Of a stretch of 64,000 bases of DNA, positions 29,913-39,313 are shown piece by piece (positions within the stretch are counted from its first letter, which is position 1; each line of letters starts with the position of its first letter). Origin of the DNA: Thermoproteota archaeon. GTDB taxonomy: Archaea > Korarchaeota > Korarchaeia > B14-G2. Both the position numbers and the translations under genes were made by a program. A model generated the notes under the pieces. That model did not search any database, had not been told where the DNA came from, and saw only the letters and a list, made by a program, of their open reading frames with translations. The stretch covers positions 1 through 64,000 of the forward strand of contig JAVCBW010000034.1 in assembly GCA_037917675.1 (NCBI GenBank). The letters are read 5' to 3'.

Positions 29913-31088
29913 ATGCTAGACTCTGTCATAGTCAGGTTTGGCCCAGAGATAGGTGTGAAGAGCAGCAGAGTTAGGCTTAGAATGGAGAGGAGAGTCTGCA
30001 GCCACATACTGAGGGCTCTTGAGCACTATAAGCTAGAGGTCGATGGTACAGAGTACACTTCTGGGAGGCTATACCTGTACTCTAAGGTGGCTGAGGAGGT
30101 AGCTGAGAAGGCAGCTAGAGTCTTTGGGGTGTCATCAGCTTCACCAGCTAAGGCTACATCTTCTAGCCTAAGTGAGATAGCTGATGTAGCTGTCAAGCTA
30201 GCTTCACCTGTGCTCACTGAGGGAGCTCGGTTTGCTGTCTCATGTAGGAGGGTGGGAGACCACCCATATACCAGCGGAGACGTGTGCAGCAAGGTTGGGG
30301 AAGCTATACTAGAGTCTCTAGGAGATAGGCTTGTGAGAGTCGACTTAGATAACCCTGATGTCACAGTTGGTGTCGAGGTGAGAGGAGACAAGGCCTTCGT
30401 CTACACGAGAGTCTTGAGGGGGCCAGGAGGCTTCCCAGCCGGCTCACAGGGGAAGTCGGTTTGCTTGCTCAGTGGAGGCATAGACTCACCTGTAGCATGC
30501 TGGCTAGTCATGAGGAGAGGGAGCCTACCAGTCTTCCTCACATTCGACAACACACCCTATGGTGGAGAGGAGCTTATTGAGAGGGCGCTAGAGTGTGCCA
30601 GAGTCCTCATGACCTGGATCATAGGCTTCAAGACGAGAGCATATGTAGTCCCACATGGGCAGCTACTAGAGAAGTTGATTGAGGGCGCACCAAGATACCT
30701 GACATGCATACTATGTAAGAGAGCTATGCTCAGGGTAGCTGAGAAGATCGCTGCCAGAGAGCGTGCTCACGCGATAGTCACAGGTGAGAGCCTAGGGGAG
30801 CAGGCAAGCCAGACCATATGGAACCTCAAGGCCATATCTCAGGCTGTATGCAGCTTCCCAGTGCTGAGGCCTCTGATAGGCTTCGATAAGCCTGAGACAG
30901 ATGAGCTGGCTAGGAGGATAGGCACATATGAGATAACAGCTAGGAAGGCAGCTGGCTGCAAGGCTGCACCAAGCAAGCCTGCTACAAGAGCTAAGCTAAG
31001 CGATGTGGCTGCAGCTGAGGAGGAGCTGAGCCTGCCAGCCATGGCCTCTGAGCTCCTCAGCAAAGCTAGGGTCGTGGAGCTCCCATAG
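29913..31088 (+). CDS. thiI: tRNA 4-thiouridine synthase ThiI
   Basis: THUMP domain, LLSGGIDSPVA PP-loop, CILCKR, TGESLGEQASQT, RPLIG. Confidence 0.95.
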   Translation: MLDSVIVRFGPEIGVKSSRVRLRMERRVCSHILRALEHYKLEVDGTEYTSGRLYLYSKVAEEVAEKAARVFGVSSASPAKATSSSLSEIADVAVKLASPVLTEGARFAVSCRRVGDHPYTSGDVCSKVGEAILESLGDRLVRVDLDNPDVTVGVEVRGDKAFVYTRVLRGPGGFPAGSQGKSVCLLSGGIDSPVACWLVMRRGSLPVFLTFDNTPYGGEELIERALECARVLMTWIIGFKTRAYVVPHGQLLEKLIEGAPRYLTCILCKRAMLRVAEKIAARERAHAIVTGESLGEQASQTIWNLKAISQAVCSFPVLRPLIGFDKPETDELARRIGTYEITARKAAGCKAAPSKPATRAKLSDVAAAEEELSLPAMASELLSKARVVELP

Positions 31089-31096
31089 GTGCATGC

Positions 31097-32152
31097 ATGA
31101 GGCTGAAGCCTAGGAGCTGCTGGGTTGCTACAGGAGAGCGTGAGGCAGCTGAGGCAGCTGAGAGAGCTGGGCTGGAGCTGAGGCCTGACGCAGAGCTGCT
31201 GGTAGTCTGTGGGGGAGACGGAACATTTGCTTCAGTAGCTAGCAGAGAGGACAGGCCTCTCCTCTTCGTCAGGAAGAGAGGGAGCATAGGGGCGCTAGCT
31301 CAGGTATCCATGAGCTCTCTAGAAGCAGCCTTGAGGAAGATAGCTAGAGAGGGCTGCTGGCTAGCTGAGATGATGAGGTTAGAGTGTAGTGGCATAGTAG
31401 CCTTCAGCGACATATATGTGACTCACAGGACAGGTGAGAGGAGCATAAGGTATAGGGTTGAGGTTGAGGGGCGAGAGCAGGTGGTCACAGGCTCAGGCGT
31501 CATATTCTCGACGCCCCAGGGCTCATCAGGATACACCTCCTCAGCTGGAGGGCCACAGGTCAAGATACCTAGGATAGTTGTAACACACATATGCCCATAT
31601 AGGGCCTCTAAGCTAGAGGACAGGATGATAAGGCTAGAGGAGAGGTGGCATATAGCTCAGCCAGACTCGACGGTGAAGTTCACACTCCTCCATCCTAGTG
31701 AGGCAAGCTTGCATGCTGATGGCAAGCTAATCAGGGTGGTTGAGGCTGGTGAGGAGCTCACAGTCAGGGGAGCTAAGCCAGCTAAGGTGGCTGCCTTGAG
31801 CCCAGTTGAGCCACGTAACGTGCTGCTGGCAGCAGTCTTAGAGGGCAGGAGAGGCTTTGCTGTGGTCAGGAGGAGAGGCCTCCTAGAGCTCCCCTCAGCA
31901 GAGTATAGGGGACTGGAGTCAGCTGAGGAGCTGGCCTCTAGCTTAGGCTGCAGCCTAGTAGCTTGCAGGGAGTTCTATCATCATGCTGAGCAGGAAGCAT
32001 ACTATGTTGCCTGCCTCCTTGAAGCCAGAGGCTCTCCAAGCCATAGGCTATGGGCTTCCCCAAGGGCTCTGCCTCCATCAGCATTCGCGAGGTGGAGCTG
32101 GAGATCCCTATACGAGTACTACAGGTGGAGAGGCAAGGTCATAGGAGAGTAG
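31097..32152 (+). CDS. NAD kinase-family protein with extra C-terminal (Nudix-like) domain
   Basis: GGDGT, STPQGSSGYTSSAGGP, ADG; about 115 aa C-terminal extension. Confidence 0.75.
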   Translation: MRLKPRSCWVATGEREAAEAAERAGLELRPDAELLVVCGGDGTFASVASREDRPLLFVRKRGSIGALAQVSMSSLEAALRKIAREGCWLAEMMRLECSGIVAFSDIYVTHRTGERSIRYRVEVEGREQVVTGSGVIFSTPQGSSGYTSSAGGPQVKIPRIVVTHICPYRASKLEDRMIRLEERWHIAQPDSTVKFTLLHPSEASLHADGKLIRVVEAGEELTVRGAKPAKVAALSPVEPRNVLLAAVLEGRRGFAVVRRRGLLELPSAEYRGLESAEELASSLGCSLVACREFYHHAEQEAYYVACLLEARGSPSHRLWASPRALPPSAFARWSWRSLYEYYRWRGKVIGE

Positions 32153-32153
32153 C

Positions 32154-33758
32154 TTGCTCACGCTCATAGTTGACGCGCTAGCCTCAGGGAGAGGCTGGAG
32201 AGCTTCAGCTAGAGACGCTATAGGAGCAGGCCCAAGAGCTATAGCTGGAGTCCTCGAGAGGCATGGGCTAGAGTGCAGGATAGCTAGAGCTGAGGAAGCA
32301 CTGAGAGAAAGGAGGCTCCTCATGAATGCAGGCGTCATCTTGGCTTCAGCTATGACCATGGACATCGAAGCTCTTAGGAGGCTCTCATATGCTGTGAAGC
32401 TCAAGAGCCCTGAGACCCCCATGGTGGCTGGAGGGCCAGCTGCATCAGACCCATATGCTCTCCTCTCGAGGACCCTGTTCGACATAGCTGTAATAGGAGA
32501 GGGAGAGAAGACCCTAGAGGAGCTCCTGAGCATAGGGCTCTCAAGGGGAGCCATACCAGACCCAGACGACCTCAAGTCTGTAAGGGGGCTGGCATATAGG
32601 TGGAGAGGCAGAGTTGTAGTCACAGAGCAGAGGCCTCTGATGTCAGGGGGAGAGCTAGACTCCTATAGGCCGTCAGTGAGGAGGGTAGCTGACTACCCAC
32701 ACTACTTTGCTGCCAGAGTGTATGTTGAGGTTGTGAGAGGGTGTAGTAACTTCAAGAGGACGTCTCTGAAGCTGAGGAGTGGCTTAGAGTGCACTGGCTG
32801 CAACAGGTGTAGCAGTGGGAGCTTAGCTGAGAGGCTGAGCTGCCCAGCTGGGATAAGGCCAGGATGCGGGTACTGCTCAGTCCCATCGCTACATGGGCCA
32901 CCTAGGTCGAGGAGCATCGAGTCCATAACATCAGAGGTCAGGGAGCTCATAGCTCTCGGAGTACATAGGATCGTACTTAGCGCACCAGACTTCCTAGACT
33001 ACATGAGAGAAAAGCTTGTAGAGCCTGAGCCTCTGACAGACCCTAGGAGCCCAGAGCCAAACTACAGTGCCATAGAGGAGCTGCTAGCTTCCCTGAGGAG
33101 CATCGCAGAGGAGTCAGGCGCATACATCATGGTAGAGAACATAAAGCCTTCTCTATTCACTGAGAGAGCTGCTAGGATCCTAGCAGAGTACCTTCCTGGG
33201 ACTCCAGTGCACATAGGCTGTGAGACAGGAGACCCAGCTCACTCTAGGATGCTAGGCAGGCCATCAGCTCCATCTGAGGCTCTTGAGGCAGCTAGGAGGG
33301 CAGCGAGACACGGCTTGAGGCCCTACGTGTACTTCATACATGGCCTGCCAGCACAGACACGTGAGACAGTTGAGAGGACAGTGGAGCTCATAGAGAAGCT
33401 TGATGAAGCTGGGGTTGAGAAGGTCACAGTCTATAGGTTTAAGCCTCTCCCGATGTCAGCTTTCGAGCATGAGCCTCCAGGTAGGCCTGCCTCCAGAGAC
33501 CCACTGAGCTACAGGATAGTTGAAGCAGCTAGGCAGCTGAACACAAGGAGGAAGATGAGGCTAGTAGGCAAGAGGATGAAGGTCATAGTTGCAGAGCCAC
33601 ATCCTAGGCACAGGAGATATGCCTATGCATACCCGCTGGAGGATGGGCCAGCAGTGCTGCTAGTAGATGGAGCTGCCATGATAGCTAGCGTGGTTGAAGC
33701 TAAGGTGACTAGAGTCCTTTCAGATAGGCTTGTTGAAGCTGAGGTCTCTGGTAGCTGA
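32154..33758 (+). CDS. B12-binding domain radical SAM protein with TRAM-like C-terminus
   Basis: VAGGP and VIGEGE B12-binding-type motifs; EVVRGC...GCGYC; GCETG. Confidence 0.88.
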   Translation: MLTLIVDALASGRGWRASARDAIGAGPRAIAGVLERHGLECRIARAEEALRERRLLMNAGVILASAMTMDIEALRRLSYAVKLKSPETPMVAGGPAASDPYALLSRTLFDIAVIGEGEKTLEELLSIGLSRGAIPDPDDLKSVRGLAYRWRGRVVVTEQRPLMSGGELDSYRPSVRRVADYPHYFAARVYVEVVRGCSNFKRTSLKLRSGLECTGCNRCSSGSLAERLSCPAGIRPGCGYCSVPSLHGPPRSRSIESITSEVRELIALGVHRIVLSAPDFLDYMREKLVEPEPLTDPRSPEPNYSAIEELLASLRSIAEESGAYIMVENIKPSLFTERAARILAEYLPGTPVHIGCETGDPAHSRMLGRPSAPSEALEAARRAARHGLRPYVYFIHGLPAQTRETVERTVELIEKLDEAGVEKVTVYRFKPLPMSAFEHEPPGRPASRDPLSYRIVEAARQLNTRRKMRLVGKRMKVIVAEPHPRHRRYAYAYPLEDGPAVLLVDGAAMIASVVEAKVTRVLSDRLVEAEVSGS

Positions 33759-33800
33759 AGCCAGCTGCCTCACGATGAAATCTTTAAATACTTCTGTGCC

Positions 33801-34172
33801 ATGGCACACATGGTGCTCAGGTTGAAGATAGCTCTAGCATGTAGGAGCAAGAAGGGGTTAAGCAGCCAGCTCTCAGATGTCTTCGCTAGGTCAGCCTACT
33901 TCACGCTCGTCAAGTTAGAAGGCTGTGAGCCTAGGGAAGTCGAGGTCATCGAGAACCCGTACCTAAGCCTCAAGCATGGCATAGGCCCACTGATATGTGT
34001 CATGCTCAAGAAGGAAGGTGTAGAAGCTGTTGTAGCAGGAGACTTCGGCCCGACAGTCAAGCAGCTCCTGAGGGAGCTTGACATAAGGCCAGTAAGGGTG
34101 AGAGCTGGCCTGAAGGTCTCTGAGGCAATCAAGGAGGTCTGCAGCATGCTACAGGCTAGAAGCTCAGCATAG
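33801..34172 (+). CDS. NifB/NifX (dinitrogenase FeMo-cofactor biosynthesis-like) family protein
   Basis: FARSAYF, IENP, VVAGDFGP. Confidence 0.8.
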   Translation: MAHMVLRLKIALACRSKKGLSSQLSDVFARSAYFTLVKLEGCEPREVEVIENPYLSLKHGIGPLICVMLKKEGVEAVVAGDFGPTVKQLLRELDIRPVRVRAGLKVSEAIKEVCSMLQARSSA

Positions 34173-34230
34173 GCTTAAAGCATGCTGCTAGCGTACACAA
34201 CTGTTATTAATCTCAGCATAGCTCAGGAGG

Positions 34231-35088
34231 GTGGTGTCAGAGATGCGAGAGCAGGCTGCTGAGCGCAGAGAGCTACCTGTGAGGCGTGAGCAGCCTAAAG
34301 GGACTGAGCTGGCTGGCATGAAGGACGTGAAGCATAAGATATCTGTGATGTCAGGGAAGGGAGGAGTAGGTAAGACTACTGTAGCAGTGAACCTGGCTTT
34401 CACACTAGCCTGGAAGGGCTACTCAACTGGGATCCTAGATGCAGACATACATGGGCCTGATGTCCCAAAGATGCTGGGTCTCGAGGGAGAGCATCCTATA
34501 GTAACGAACTCTGGCATCCTACCTGTCCCAGGGCCACTTAACATAAAGGTCATGTCAATGGAGCTCCTCCTAGTGGACTCAAGCACCCCAGTGATATGGA
34601 GAGGGCCTCTGAAGATGCGTGCAATAGAGCAGTTCCTCAGCGAGGTGCTATGGGGCTACCTAGACTTCCTGATAATAGATCTCCCACCTGGAACAGGAGA
34701 TGAGCCTCTTAGCATAATGCAGCTCATACCAGACATGAGCGGCGTGATCATAGTGACAACACCACAGGAGGTCGCCTTGCTAGATGTGAGGAAGGCTATC
34801 AACATGGCTAAGAAGCTAAACGTCAGGGTCCTCGGCATAATAGAGAACATGTCTGGCTTCACCTGCCCAAAGTGCGGTGAGACAACGTACATATTCGGTG
34901 TAGGTGGAGGAGAGAAGGCTGCTAGAGAGCTAGGCATCCCCTTCCTAGGGAGGCTCCCAATAGACGTGAGGGTCAGAGAGGTGAGTGACGAGGGCAAGCC
35001 CTTCGTACTGGAGCACAGAGAGAGCGAGGTGAGCAAGTCCTTCATGGAGGTCGTTGAGAAGATAGAGAGGGCCCTCGGGCTAGCCTAG
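34231..35088 (+). CDS. Mrp/Nbp35 (ApbC) Fe-S cluster carrier ATPase
   Basis: [36 protein letters not shown]. Confidence 0.95.
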   Translation: MVSEMREQAAERRELPVRREQPKGTELAGMKDVKHKISVMSGKGGVGKTTVAVNLAFTLAWKGYSTGILDADIHGPDVPKMLGLEGEHPIVTNSGILPVPGPLNIKVMSMELLLVDSSTPVIWRGPLKMRAIEQFLSEVLWGYLDFLIIDLPPGTGDEPLSIMQLIPDMSGVIIVTTPQEVALLDVRKAINMAKKLNVRVLGIIENMSGFTCPKCGETTYIFGVGGGEKAARELGIPFLGRLPIDVRVREVSDEGKPFVLEHRESEVSKSFMEVVEKIERALGLA

Positions 35089-35476
35089 CTACCTTAGAGA
35101 GGTACCTTGAGAGCTTAACGTCCTCTGCCTCAACCCTATAGAGCCTCCCCTTATAGACGACGTAGTGTAGAGCCTCAAACCCCCCGATCAGCTTCCTCAC
35201 CTCCTCGACAAGCATGTGTAGCTGGACACAGTGTGGTGAGCCATCTACACTCAAGGCTACAACCTCGCTCAGATTAGATGCTCTGGCAGCGCAAGCAAGC
35301 TTGTAGGCTACCATGTTATAGTGCTCTCTCTCAAGGCAGACTGATGCAGCAAACCTGCCTTCTGAGAGAGCTCTAAGGTGCTCTGGCCACTCCACCTCTA
35401 TGCAGGAGCCATAGAGGAGCAGCTTACCCAGCTCCCTGAGCCTCCTCGAGCCCACGTTCGTCTCCATGAACTCCAT
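35042..35476 (-). CDS. Conserved archaeal Cys/His-containing protein at the end of the hdr cluster
   Basis: GSC, VCLEREH, VDGSPHC.QLH; abuts hdrB. Confidence 0.7.
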   Translation of the reverse strand: MEFMETNVGSRRLRELGKLLLYGSCIEVEWPEHLRALSEGRFAASVCLEREHYNMVAYKLACAARASNLSEVVALSVDGSPHCVQLHMLVEEVRKLIGGFEALHYVVYKGRLYRVEAEDVKLSRYLSKVARLARGPSLSSQRPP

Positions 35477-36348
35477 TACCCCAGCCTCTCAAGCACCTTC
35501 TCAACTGGGCTAGAGTTCAGGTCGAGCCCAAGCTCCTCCTCACTGAGCTCTAGCGCAAGCCCAACTAGCTGAGTAGCATAGAGCACTGGCATAGACAGGG
35601 GCTTGCCTACAGCAGCTGCAGCAGCCTTCTGGCTTTGATCAAGCATCTTCATACAGTGTGGGCATGGTGTCACAATGAGGTCAGCTCCCCTCTCCTGTAC
35701 TGCAGCGATCTTCTCTCCTGCAAGGGTGAGTGCAGCCTCCCTCCTAGTGTATACTAGGATTCCTCCACAGCAGCTGAGCTTCTCAGGATAGTCTATTGGC
35801 TCTCCTCCAATAGCCTCGACTATGGCTTCTATTCTCCCTGGGCTCTCAGAGTGGTCTGGCCTAGGCATGTCACTTGGCCTCAAGGTCTGGCAGCCATAGT
35901 GTGCAGCCACCTTGAGGCCACTGATCCCTCTTCTCTCAGCTAGCTTACCTGACTCAGCTGCCTCAGCTAGCACAGTCAGTATGCTGACTGCTCTAGCTCT
36001 GCCAGCATACCTCAGCCCCTCCTGGCCTAGCAGCTCCAGGACCTTGCTCCTGAGCTCTCTGCTATGCTCCAGCACCCTTCTAGCCTCTGAGATGTGGAAG
36101 TCGCAGACGCTACATAGCGTGAGCAGGCTCCCACCCTGCTCCTCAGCTAGAGCTAGGTTCCTAGCTGACAGGTAGAGCCAGGCAAGCATGCTCGCGCTTC
36201 TCACAGGCATGCCGCAGCAGGAGAGGCCCTCAGCCTCCCTATAGGGTATCTCAAGCGCCTCAAGCACCCGCCTAGCTGAGAGCTCACATGCATAGAGCTC
36301 TGTTGAAGCTAGGCACCCAGGGTAGATCACAAGCTCCAGCTCACCCAC
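35476..36348 (-). CDS. hdrB: Heterodisulfide reductase subunit B
   Basis: YPGC, SCCG, CSVC, HYGC, CCGG, CPHC (two CCG domains). Confidence 0.93.
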   Translation of the reverse strand: MGELELVIYPGCLASTELYACELSARRVLEALEIPYREAEGLSCCGMPVRSASMLAWLYLSARNLALAEEQGGSLLTLCSVCDFHISEARRVLEHSRELRSKVLELLGQEGLRYAGRARAVSILTVLAEAAESGKLAERRGISGLKVAAHYGCQTLRPSDMPRPDHSESPGRIEAIVEAIGGEPIDYPEKLSCCGGILVYTRREAALTLAGEKIAAVQERGADLIVTPCPHCMKMLDQSQKAAAAAVGKPLSMPVLYATQLVGLALELSEEELGLDLNSSPVEKVLERLG

Positions 36349-36883
36349 CTAAGACCACCTCCAGCGTGCTCATCAAGGCCTCAGCGAACGCATCCATCCT
36401 CCTAGGCCTAGAGGCAGGAGGGAGCCCTAGCTTCTCTCTCGTGTACCTCCTCCCACTCCTCCCAACAGCCTCTCTAGGCTCCTGTATGAGCCCAGTGTCC
36501 AGTATGGACATCACCATCTTAGAGAGCTCCTCAGGCAGCTCAGCTCCCCTAGACACCGCGATGGACCTCAGCTTCAGTATTATGTCTACTGGAGAAACGC
36601 TCTGGGGGCATCTCTCTCTACACTGCAGGCACTGGGCACATGCCCATATTATCTCTGACCCAGCTAGCTCCTCTATGAAGCCGTCTCTAGCTAGAGCAGC
36701 GATCTCATGTGGCTTCAGCTCAAGCAGCCTCATTGAGGTGCATCCTCCACTACATCTGCCACAGAGGTAGCAGTAGTCTGGTGTGCTCAGCCCAAGCTCA
36801 AGCAGCTCCCTATAGACTTCCCTCTTGAGCTCAGGCTTCTCTTCAGCTAGGGTAAGCAGGTCTACTAGAGCCATGTTAGCCAC
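36341..36883 (-). CDS. hdrC: Heterodisulfide reductase subunit C
   Basis: CYLCGRCSGGC and IWACAQCLQCRERCP. Confidence 0.92.
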   Translation of the reverse strand: MANMALVDLLTLAEEKPELKREVYRELLELGLSTPDYCYLCGRCSGGCTSMRLLELKPHEIAALARDGFIEELAGSEIIWACAQCLQCRERCPQSVSPVDIILKLRSIAVSRGAELPEELSKMVMSILDTGLIQEPREAVGRSGRRYTREKLGLPPASRPRRMDAFAEALMSTLEVVLGG

Positions 36884-37277
36884 CTCTCAGAGGCCCAAGC
36901 TCCCTGAGCTCCTCAGTGAACATCCTTACCACCTCAGCGAACTTCTGGCCCTCAGAGGCTGAGATCCACTCCAGCCTGAGTCTTTCAGACTCTATCCCGA
37001 GCTCAGGGAGGAGCTTCCTGACGAGTAGGAACCTCCTCAAAGCCTTCATGTTCCCAGCCATGTAGTGGCAGTCTCCAGGGTGGCAGCCTGCTATCAGAAC
37101 TCCATCTGCTCCATGCTTGAATGCTGCAAGCACTAAGCTTGCGTCGACTCTGCCAGTACACATCACTCTGACTATCCGCACGCTAGGAGGATACTCTATC
37201 CTAGAGGTGCCAGCTAGGTCTGCTCCAGCATAGCTGCACCAGTTACAGCAGAAGGCTATGATCAAAGGCTCCTTCAA
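36876..37277 (-). CDS. mvhD: Hydrogenase iron-sulfur subunit MvhD
   Basis: FCCNWCSYAGAD, RVMCTGR, GCHPGDCHY, WISASEG. Confidence 0.95.
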   Translation of the reverse strand: MKEPLIIAFCCNWCSYAGADLAGTSRIEYPPSVRIVRVMCTGRVDASLVLAAFKHGADGVLIAGCHPGDCHYMAGNMKALRRFLLVRKLLPELGIESERLRLEWISASEGQKFAEVVRMFTEELRELGPLRGG

Positions 37278-39250
37278 GCTCTCACCTCAGCTAAGGCTTC
37301 AACCTGCCTGTGGAGCTGCTCGTCTGTGAAGCCAAGCTGCTGTATGGCTCCACTTGGGCAGGCTGCTGCACAGGCTCCACACCCTCTACAGAGGGCTGGA
37401 GTAACCTCAGCGACAGTCCTCCCCTCCTTCTCAGTGAGGCTTATCGCATTATAGCTACAAGTCTCAACACAGACCCCACAGCCACCACAGAGTTCAGTGT
37501 CGACTGTAACTATGTGGGGTGGGAGCTCGACTACCCCAGCTGACATCAGTGATACTGCCTGAGCTGCAGCTGCGCCAGCTTGAGCTACAGTGTCAGGTAT
37601 GTCCTTTGGGCCCTGCGCGGACCCTGCTAGGAACACTCCTGAGACAGCTGTCTCAACAGGCCTCAGCTTCGGGTGTAGCTCAAGCAGGAAGCCATCTGGG
37701 CCAGCTGGAAGCTTCAGCTTCTCCCTTATCTCAGCTGTCCCATCACTTGGGACCACACCGTTCTCTAGGATCACGAGGTCTACTGTGACCCTATATGGCC
37801 TAGCTGTCCCAGTGTCCCATATGTCGAATGTCAGAGTGCCATCTGGGTTCTCTCTGATCTCACCTGGCTTCCCCCTTATGACCACAACATTCCCTAGGCT
37901 TCTGACCTTCCTATAGAACTCCTCGAATCCCTTGCCAAAGGACCTCATGTCCATGAAGCACAGGACTATCTCAGCTTCTGGATTGCTGCCATGCACATAG
38001 TAGGCATGCTTAAGCCCACACATGCAGCCTATCCTACAGCAGTATGGGAGGTGCTTCTCGTCTCTGGAGCCTACACAGAGGAGTATAGCTACCCTCCTAG
38101 GAGGCTTCCCATCTGATGGCCTCAGGATCCTTCCTGCTGTAGGACCTCCAGCTGAGGAGAGCCTCTCTAGCTCTAGGCCTGTTATGACGTTCCTGAACCT
38201 GCCGTAGCCATACTCTGGGATCTCCCTTGGGTCTAGCAGCTTGAAGCCTGTAGCTACGACTACTGCTCCAACCTCTACCTCCTCTACTCTGTCTTCCTGC
38301 TTGAAGTCTATGGCTTCAGCTGGGCAAACCTTCTCACATACTCTACAGACCTCCTTCGTGAAGTAGAGGCAGTGCTCTCTGTCTATGACAGGCCTCCTTG
38401 GGACAGCTTGAGGGAACTGGAAGTATATTGCAGTCCTATATCCTAGGCCCTCATTGAACTCGTCTGGGATCTTCTTGACAGGACACTTCTCAGTGCAAAG
38501 CCCGCAGCCAACACACTTGCTCCAGTCTACGTATGCTGCTTTCCTCCTCACCTTAACCTTGAAGTCTCCAACATAGCCTTCTATGCTCTCAACCTCAGAG
38601 TATGTCATCAGCTCTATGTTAGGGTGGCTTGCAGCCTCAGCCATCAATGGAGTTAGGATGCACTGTGAGCAGTCTAGAGTTGGAAACGTCTTATCAAGCT
38701 TAGCCATGTGCCCTCCTATGCTAGGCTGCCTCTCAACAAGATAGACTTTGAACCCAGCATTAGCTATGTCGAGTGCAGCTCTTATCCCAGCTATCCCCCC
38801 TCCTATCACGAGAGCTGCAGGCTTGACTGCGACCTTCTGGGTCTCTATGGGCTCTAGGAGGGATGCTTTCGCTACCGCGCCAGCTATGAGCGCCTTGGCC
38901 TTCTCCAGGGCCTTCTCTGGCTCTGAGCTATGGACCCATGTGACATGCTCTCTTATGTTAGCGAACTCGAGGAGGTGAGGGTTTACCCCAGCCTTCTCAA
39001 GGACCCTCTGAAATGTCTGCTCATGCATCTTTGGGCTGCAGGCTGCTATCACAACCCTGTTCACTCCAAGCTCCTTTATGTCCTTGGCTACCAGCTCCTG
39101 CCCTGGGGAAGAGCACATGTAAGGATAGTCTCTAGCAACCACTACCCCAGGGAGCTTCGAGGCATACTCTGCTAGCTTAGAGACATCTATGACTCCAGCT
39201 ATGTTCTTGCCGCAGTGGCATATGTAGACGCCGACTCTAGCCTCGCTCAT
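37274..39250 (-). CDS. hdrA: Heterodisulfide reductase subunit A
   Basis: GVYICHCG, AACSP, IGGGIAG, KLDKTFPTLDC, CVGSRD, YCCRIGC, C-terminal 2x4Fe-4S. Confidence 0.97.
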   Translation of the reverse strand: MSEARVGVYICHCGKNIAGVIDVSKLAEYASKLPGVVVARDYPYMCSSPGQELVAKDIKELGVNRVVIAACSPKMHEQTFQRVLEKAGVNPHLLEFANIREHVTWVHSSEPEKALEKAKALIAGAVAKASLLEPIETQKVAVKPAALVIGGGIAGIRAALDIANAGFKVYLVERQPSIGGHMAKLDKTFPTLDCSQCILTPLMAEAASHPNIELMTYSEVESIEGYVGDFKVKVRRKAAYVDWSKCVGCGLCTEKCPVKKIPDEFNEGLGYRTAIYFQFPQAVPRRPVIDREHCLYFTKEVCRVCEKVCPAEAIDFKQEDRVEEVEVGAVVVATGFKLLDPREIPEYGYGRFRNVITGLELERLSSAGGPTAGRILRPSDGKPPRRVAILLCVGSRDEKHLPYCCRIGCMCGLKHAYYVHGSNPEAEIVLCFMDMRSFGKGFEEFYRKVRSLGNVVVIRGKPGEIRENPDGTLTFDIWDTGTARPYRVTVDLVILENGVVPSDGTAEIREKLKLPAGPDGFLLELHPKLRPVETAVSGVFLAGSAQGPKDIPDTVAQAGAAAAQAVSLMSAGVVELPPHIVTVDTELCGGCGVCVETCSYNAISLTEKEGRTVAEVTPALCRGCGACAAACPSGAIQQLGFTDEQLHRQVEALAEVRA

Positions 39251-39313
39251 AAGCTGCCCTAACCGCCTCACTAGCCCACGTTTTTAAAGGTGGGCTACTC
39301 CAGCCTATCTGCT

